Shown piece after piece: positions 59,583-64,000 of a DNA stretch of 64,000 bases. Source of the stretch: Spirosomataceae bacterium (GTDB lineage: Bacteria > Bacteroidota > Bacteroidia > Cytophagales > Spirosomataceae); the NCBI GenBank assembly GCA_041689775.1, contig JBDNFP010000193.1, forward strand, positions 744 to 64,743, read 5' to 3'. Numbering within the stretch: the stretch's first letter is position 1; each line of letters starts with the position of its first letter. Under the pieces are notes generated by a model. That model saw nothing but the letters and a program-made list of their open reading frames with translations, was not told where the DNA came from and made no database searches. Position numbers and translations under genes: made by a program.

Positions 59583-59601
59583 ACTAAAATTTGTCGTACG
59601 A

Positions 59602-61335
59602 CTAGCCCGTAATCAAGAGCTTCATACCGGCTTTAATACTATTTCCTTTTATCTTATTAGCTGCCTTTATTTTGTCAATGGTCAGGCCATACCGTTGGGA
59701 AATTGTCCAGAGGGTATCGCCACGCTGCACCGTATGGTAGCGGGGCTTGGCAGCCGGAATTGACTTTTGGGAAGCTACCACTTCGGTGTTAGATTTAGCA
59801 GTTGTTGAAACTTTCAGCTTCTGTCCCAATAAAATCTTCCCGCTTGACAATCCATTAAGTTCTTTCATCTCACTTACACGAACACCATAACGTTGAGAAA
59901 TAGCCGTTAGGGTTTCACCACGACGTACCACGTGTACCATCGGCTTTGCCGCAATTGCTGTCTTAGTTACTTTGGGTTTTACTTCAATAGATTCTTCTTT
60001 ATCCTTAGCCTCGGCTACTATAACATCCGTAGTATCGGTAGTTGCTATAATCGTTGCAGCCTTCTTTTCTTCTTTATTGACATCGGTGGTAGCCTTAGCA
60101 AGTACTATTTTTGTCTCCACCGGACGTGGTGATGCTACTTTTACCTCCCGTACAATCGTCAGTCTTTGCCCGCGAAGCAACCTATTACTCTTCATACGGT
60201 TCCAGCTCTTAATTTCTGAGATACTTACTCCGTACTTACGGGACACCGAAGTAAGCGTTTCACCGGATCGAACCGTATGGCTCACACGCTTTTGAACGTA
60301 GTTATAGTCACTATTGTCACCCGAGGCAAGCAGAACCGTCGGGGCTGAATACTCCGAGGCTGAATCGAGAATAGCGAGTCGATTAGGACTCATAATCGCA
60401 AACTTCTGGGAAGGAACTTTCAAAACGAAGTTACGAGTATGATCTGGAAGTACAGTATTAATGATTTGGGGGTTGAGCTTTTGGATCTCCTCCATCGACA
60501 CACCACTCAAAGATGCAAACGTTGCCAAATCCAGAAAACCATTGATGTGAAGCGTATCGGATACCGTGGGATATTCGATGTTTTGGGGTACGATACCATG
60601 ATCTTCTCCGTAATGCATCATATACATGATAGCCACAAACTGTGGTACGTAGCTGCGAGTCTGCCTGGGGAGTGCATTGTAAATAGTCCAGAAGGTAGTG
60701 CCGCCACTACGCCGCATGGCACGCTTTACATTTCCAGGACCAGTGTTGTAAGCCGCAAGGGCCATTTCCCAGTCACCAAATATCGAATACAACTGACGAA
60801 AGTACTTACAAGCGGCTTCGGTAGATTTCTCCGGATCAAATCGCTCGTCGATGTAAGCATCTTGCCGCAATCCAAACTCCCGTCCCGTTGCCCGCATGAA
60901 CTGCCACAGTCCGCCAGCTCCGGCGTAGGAGATAATCCGGGGGTTCAGCCCCGACTCAATCATCGACAGGTATTTCAGTTCGTCGGGCATTTTGTTCCGG
61001 GCCAATGCCTTTTCGTAGATCGGGAAATAAAGATTTTTCTGCTCCATCATTCGCTGGGTAAACTCCGGCTTCTTATAGATGAAGTACTCCACAAATTGAT
61101 GAGAAACTTCGTGGTAGACGAGTGGGATATTTTTTTGCAATAATGCAAAACGTCCCTTAATTAATTCACTCGAAACCAGGTTGGTCGGGGATTCAATCTC
61201 GGGCATCGCATCTGCCATGTTCCCGAGTGTGTCTGTTTCATAGTCGACCTCCTGTTGGGCAATAGCCCCCATTAGACCAGCACACATACCTAAGGTGACT
61301 ACTACTAGACTCACAACTCGCTTTACTACTTTCAT
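59602..61335 (-). CDS. Lytic transglycosylase (MltD-like) with three C-terminal LysM domains.
   Basis: SLT motif ESGLNP...AGGLWQFM. Three LysM repeats (H.V..GETL..IS..YG). Confidence 0.85.
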   Translation of the reverse strand: MKVVKRVVSLVVVTLGMCAGLMGAIAQQEVDYETDTLGNMADAMPEIESPTNLVSSELIKGRFALLQKNIPLVYHEVSHQFVEYFIYKKPEFTQRMMEQKNLYFPIYEKALARNKMPDELKYLSMIESGLNPRIISYAGAGGLWQFMRATGREFGLRQDAYIDERFDPEKSTEAACKYFRQLYSIFGDWEMALAAYNTGPGNVKRAMRRSGGTTFWTIYNALPRQTRSYVPQFVAIMYMMHYGEDHGIVPQNIEYPTVSDTLHINGFLDLATFASLSGVSMEEIQKLNPQIINTVLPDHTRNFVLKVPSQKFAIMSPNRLAILDSASEYSAPTVLLASGDNSDYNYVQKRVSHTVRSGETLTSVSRKYGVSISEIKSWNRMKSNRLLRGQRLTIVREVKVASPRPVETKIVLAKATTDVNKEEKKAATIIATTDTTDVIVAEAKDKEESIEVKPKVTKTAIAAKPMVHVVRRGETLTAISQRYGVRVSEMKELNGLSSGKILLGQKLKVSTTAKSNTEVVASQKSIPAAKPRYHTVQRGDTLWTISQRYGLTIDKIKAANKIKGNSIKAGMKLLITG

Positions 61336-61412
61336 CAGTGTCAGGAAGAGGTTAATTTATACTTGTGTTTATTCAGCTTGTACGCTACAAAGCGCTAATT
61401 ATCAAACAAATA

Positions 61413-62873
61413 CTATTCCACTTTTGCTGGCACGGTGATAAGATCGGAAAGATATGAAGAGAAATCAAATATGTCTTTCTCTTTAAACGGGTGTCCCATA
61501 ATCTGTAATCCAATGGGTAGTCCACTGGTATCTAGTCCATTAGGTATCGAAATAGCGGGCGCCCCAACTACATTGGCTAGTACGGTAAATATGTCCGCTA
61601 AATACATCTGTAAAGGATCGTCCGTTTTCTCTCCGAGCTTGAAAGCCGTGGTGGGTGTAACGGGCGAAATCAGAAAATCATAATCCGTCATCAAGCGCCC
61701 TATTTCATCCCGGACTACCTTTCTAACGCGCTGTGCTTTGGTGTAGTATGCGTCATAATAACTTGCACTTAGCACAAAGGTTCCCAACAGGATCCGACGA
61801 CGTACTTCATCCCCAAAACCCTCCGTCCTCGATTTCTTGTACAAACTTTCCAGATTAACGGCTTTGTCGCTCCGGTAGCCGTATCTCACCCCGTCAAACC
61901 TCGATAGATTTGAACTAGCCTCCGCCGTAGTTAGAATATAGTACGTTGGCAGGCAATATTTTAATAGCGGCAGCTCAATGGGCTCTACAATGTGCCCTTG
62001 CTCCCGCAATTGATTCATTACTTCTAGGGTACGTTCACGAATCGCCGGTTCTACGGCTTCGCTTTCTACCGATTCGCGCAGATATCCAACCCGGGCCCGA
62101 CGAATATCCGTTCCCTTGTTCCACTGTACGTTATGGCTATACGTTGGCACCGGCCTCGCAGAGACAGTACTATCAAATTCATCCGGCCCCGCCATAATTT
62201 CAGTGAGCAGGGCGGCATCCTCCACGCTTTTTGTAATCGGGCCGATGCAATCAAATGAAGAAGCATAGGCCAGCAAGCCCCAGCGGGATATCCGGCCGTA
62301 GGAAGGTTTAAAGCCCACGACCCCGCAGAATGCCGCCGGTTGGCGGACCGAGCCACCGGTATCACTCCCAATGGAAGCGTGACAAAGACCAGCCTGCACC
62401 GCCACCGCCGAGCCACCGGAAGAACCTCCGGGTACCCGCGAGGTATCCGCAGCGTTGCGTACCGGGCCAAAGTAGGAACTTTCATTAGACGAACCCATCG
62501 CAAATTCATCGCAGTTTTGGCGACCAATAATAATGGCGTCTTCGTCGATTAATCGTTGTACAGCGGTAGCGGTAAACGGCGAGCGGTAGTCGTCCAGAAT
62601 TTTACTCCCAGCCTGCACGCCATACCCGGTGTGGCACAATACGTCTTTGATGCCAAGTACCATTCCGGCGAGTCGCCCGGCTTCTTTGCGGGCAAGACGG
62701 ACATCAATATCTTTTGCTTTTTGAAGGGCTTCTTCCGCGTAGACCTCTACGAAAGCCCCTAAATGAAGATTTTGGTCGATACGGATCAGATAGGACCCCA
62801 CCAACTCCACACAGGTTGTGTTTCCTGCACGCAGATCGTGCTGTATGTCAGCAAGCGTCAGGTACTCTTTCAA
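61413..62873 (-). CDS. gatA: Asp-tRNA(Asn)/Glu-tRNA(Gln) amidotransferase subunit A.
   Basis: Amidase signature GGSSGGSAVAV. 486 aa with a TTG start. Confidence 0.9.
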   Translation of the reverse strand: MKEYLTLADIQHDLRAGNTTCVELVGSYLIRIDQNLHLGAFVEVYAEEALQKAKDIDVRLARKEAGRLAGMVLGIKDVLCHTGYGVQAGSKILDDYRSPFTATAVQRLIDEDAIIIGRQNCDEFAMGSSNESSYFGPVRNAADTSRVPGGSSGGSAVAVQAGLCHASIGSDTGGSVRQPAAFCGVVGFKPSYGRISRWGLLAYASSFDCIGPITKSVEDAALLTEIMAGPDEFDSTVSARPVPTYSHNVQWNKGTDIRRARVGYLRESVESEAVEPAIRERTLEVMNQLREQGHIVEPIELPLLKYCLPTYYILTTAEASSNLSRFDGVRYGYRSDKAVNLESLYKKSRTEGFGDEVRRRILLGTFVLSASYYDAYYTKAQRVRKVVRDEIGRLMTDYDFLISPVTPTTAFKLGEKTDDPLQMYLADIFTVLANVVGAPAISIPNGLDTSGLPIGLQIMGHPFKEKDIFDFSSYLSDLITVPAKVE

Positions 62874-62910
62874 TGCGGGAAAATTTGAAATGATACAAAC
62901 AAGAAAACAA

Positions 62911-62956
62911 AGCCGTTTTGGTGTAGGTCTTTTGATAGTCTAAACCCAAAACGGCT
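62911..62956 (-). terminator. Hairpin after tatA.
   Basis: 11-bp perfect stem AGCCGTTTTGG/CCAAAACGGCT with a 24-nt loop, and T-rich tract downstream on the - strand. Confidence 0.5.
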
Positions 62957-62993
62957 CCTGAGGAGAAATGCAAAGTGAATACTAACCCAACAA

Positions 62994-63173
62994 TTACTGC
63001 TTAGGTGTATCTTCCATGCCTTTCTCTATATTTTCTTTTACGTCTTTGGTTGCGTTTTTAAATTCGTTGATACCCTGCCCAAGGCCGCGCATCAGTTCGG
63101 GAATTTTCTTAGCTCCGAAGAAAAGTAGTATAAACAGGGCCACCAGGAAAATTTCCTGTCCTCCTAATCCCAT
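62994..63173 (-). CDS. tatA: Twin-arginine translocase TatA/E.
   Basis: N-terminus MGLGGQEIFLVALFILLFFGAKKIPELMRGLGQGINEFK. Start at the ATG at 63173. Confidence 0.85.
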   Translation of the reverse strand: MGLGGQEIFLVALFILLFFGAKKIPELMRGLGQGINEFKNATKDVKENIEKGMEDTPKQ

Positions 63174-63265
63174 AAATGCGAAAATTGATCCGAATTCCAT
63201 CTTGTTATTGTTTTATTATGAACACAAATTTAATTAATCTTTGTTTTGAAACCAAAGGATTACCC

Positions 63266-63697
63266 TTATCCAATGTTAATCGTTTTTCTGTCTTTTTCCC
63301 ATTCGCTAAAATCACCGAGGTCGTCATTCAGAGTTTTAAACAGCCAAAATACCAGTGCCAAGTCGTCCGTCAGGCCAACTACCGGGAGAATATCCGGTAT
63401 AAAATCAATGGGAAAAACAAAATAAATCAACACTCCCACGATCGATAACAGGCTTTTCCAAGGCAACTTCCGGTACTCGCCCGAAGCGTAGGCCTTTACC
63501 AACCTGACTAAGAGTTGAATTTTACCCTGCGCACCGCTCAACTCTTCTTTAAATCCTCCTTCCTGCGTTTTTTTTAGCACCTTTCCGGCCAATTCAAATA
63601 GCAGGGAACCATTAGACGCGTATTGTCCGGCTTTACCAGTAGCTTTTTTAAAAAAAACAGAACGCAAAACCCGCGCTGTAAAAGAGTCTTTTGCCAT
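63266..63697 (-). CDS. YkvA / DUF1232-family membrane protein.
   Basis: Motif PIDFIPDILPVVGLTDDLAL. Start at the ATG at 63697. Confidence 0.65.
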   Translation of the reverse strand: MAKDSFTARVLRSVFFKKATGKAGQYASNGSLLFELAGKVLKKTQEGGFKEELSGAQGKIQLLVRLVKAYASGEYRKLPWKSLLSIVGVLIYFVFPIDFIPDILPVVGLTDDLALVFWLFKTLNDDLGDFSEWEKDRKTINIG

Positions 63698-63818
63698 AGC
63701 TAAGTATAAAGTAATTGACAATAACTATATAACCATTACTGACCCCAAAAGATTGCAGTTTTTTTCTGTAATCTAGGTTTCTCCAACCTATTTTAATAGA
63801 ACGCGGGCTGCTACTACC

Positions 63819-64000
63819 CTATAACCTACGATCGTGAGACTTGTTTGGTTTAGAGAGCGACGGAATAAATACCGGAAACACCACTAGTAGCATTGCTATA
63901 GACAGCAGCAGCCCCCCGCAAGTACCTACCGCCAATGCGGGCCAAAAGGGTTGCCCGGCACCTAACCACAGAAATGGAACTAAGCCGGTGATGGTAGTAA
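63819..64000 (-). CDS. C-terminal end of a membrane protein running off the right edge, possibly an RND-type efflux permease.
   Basis: The open frame reads ...ITGLVPFLWLGAGQPFWPALAVGTCGGLLLSIAMLLVVFPVFIPSLSKPNKSHDRRL*, with TAG at 63819-63821. The pattern resembles the last TM helices of AcrB-type proteins. Confidence 0.35.
   Translation of the reverse strand, partial: TTITGLVPFLWLGAGQPFWPALAVGTCGGLLLSIAMLLVVFPVFIPSLSKPNKSHDRRL

Noticed and set aside
60439-61143. 234-aa ORF on the + strand.
   Set aside because: It is an antisense shadow of the SLT/LysM transglycosylase gene and has no motifs.
1-64000. I looked for CRISPR arrays, rRNA genes, IS transposases and integrases.
   Set aside because: I saw no regularly spaced direct repeats, no rRNA-like conserved blocks and no transposase or integrase-like ORFs. 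The only mobile element is the intron.

Overview
This 64-kb chromosomal window looks like a Bacteroidota genome, probably Cytophagales-like. Supporting signs are T9SS and gliding genes (sprA, gldF, cargo proteins with type A and type B C-terminal sorting domains), a fused lpxC/fabZ inside an HD-lpxD-lpxC/fabZ-lpxA cluster, TAnnTTTG-type -7 boxes, and frequent TTG/GTG starts. Most of the window is ordinary housekeeping or accessory metabolism. It includes an L-rhamnose/L-lactate catabolic operon (rhaEW-rhaI-lutABC-permease) with a GntR-type regulator. It also includes a YbhGFSR-like efflux operon (TolC-HlyD-2 ABC ATPases-2 ABC-2 permeases) bracketed by two TetR genes, an ECF sigma/anti-sigma pair, gcvH, a dihydroorotase-like gene, ruvA, an mltD-like gene, gatA and tatA. 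The stand-out feature is at 1136-1877 (- strand). A tRNA(CAU) gene is split in its anticodon loop by a 668-nt group I intron, and the intron carries an HNH homing-endonuclease ORF. A gene caller would report only an orphan HNH gene there. Three genes are visibly broken: sprA has an in-frame TAG, the TolC-family gene is frameshifted, and an Old-Yellow-Enzyme gene has a 1-nt deletion. This means either real gene decay or assembly base errors. Several intercistronic repeat and palindrome elements are also reported. I found no rRNA, CRISPR array, transposase or prophage. All family assignments come from motif recognition by eye, because no searches could be run.
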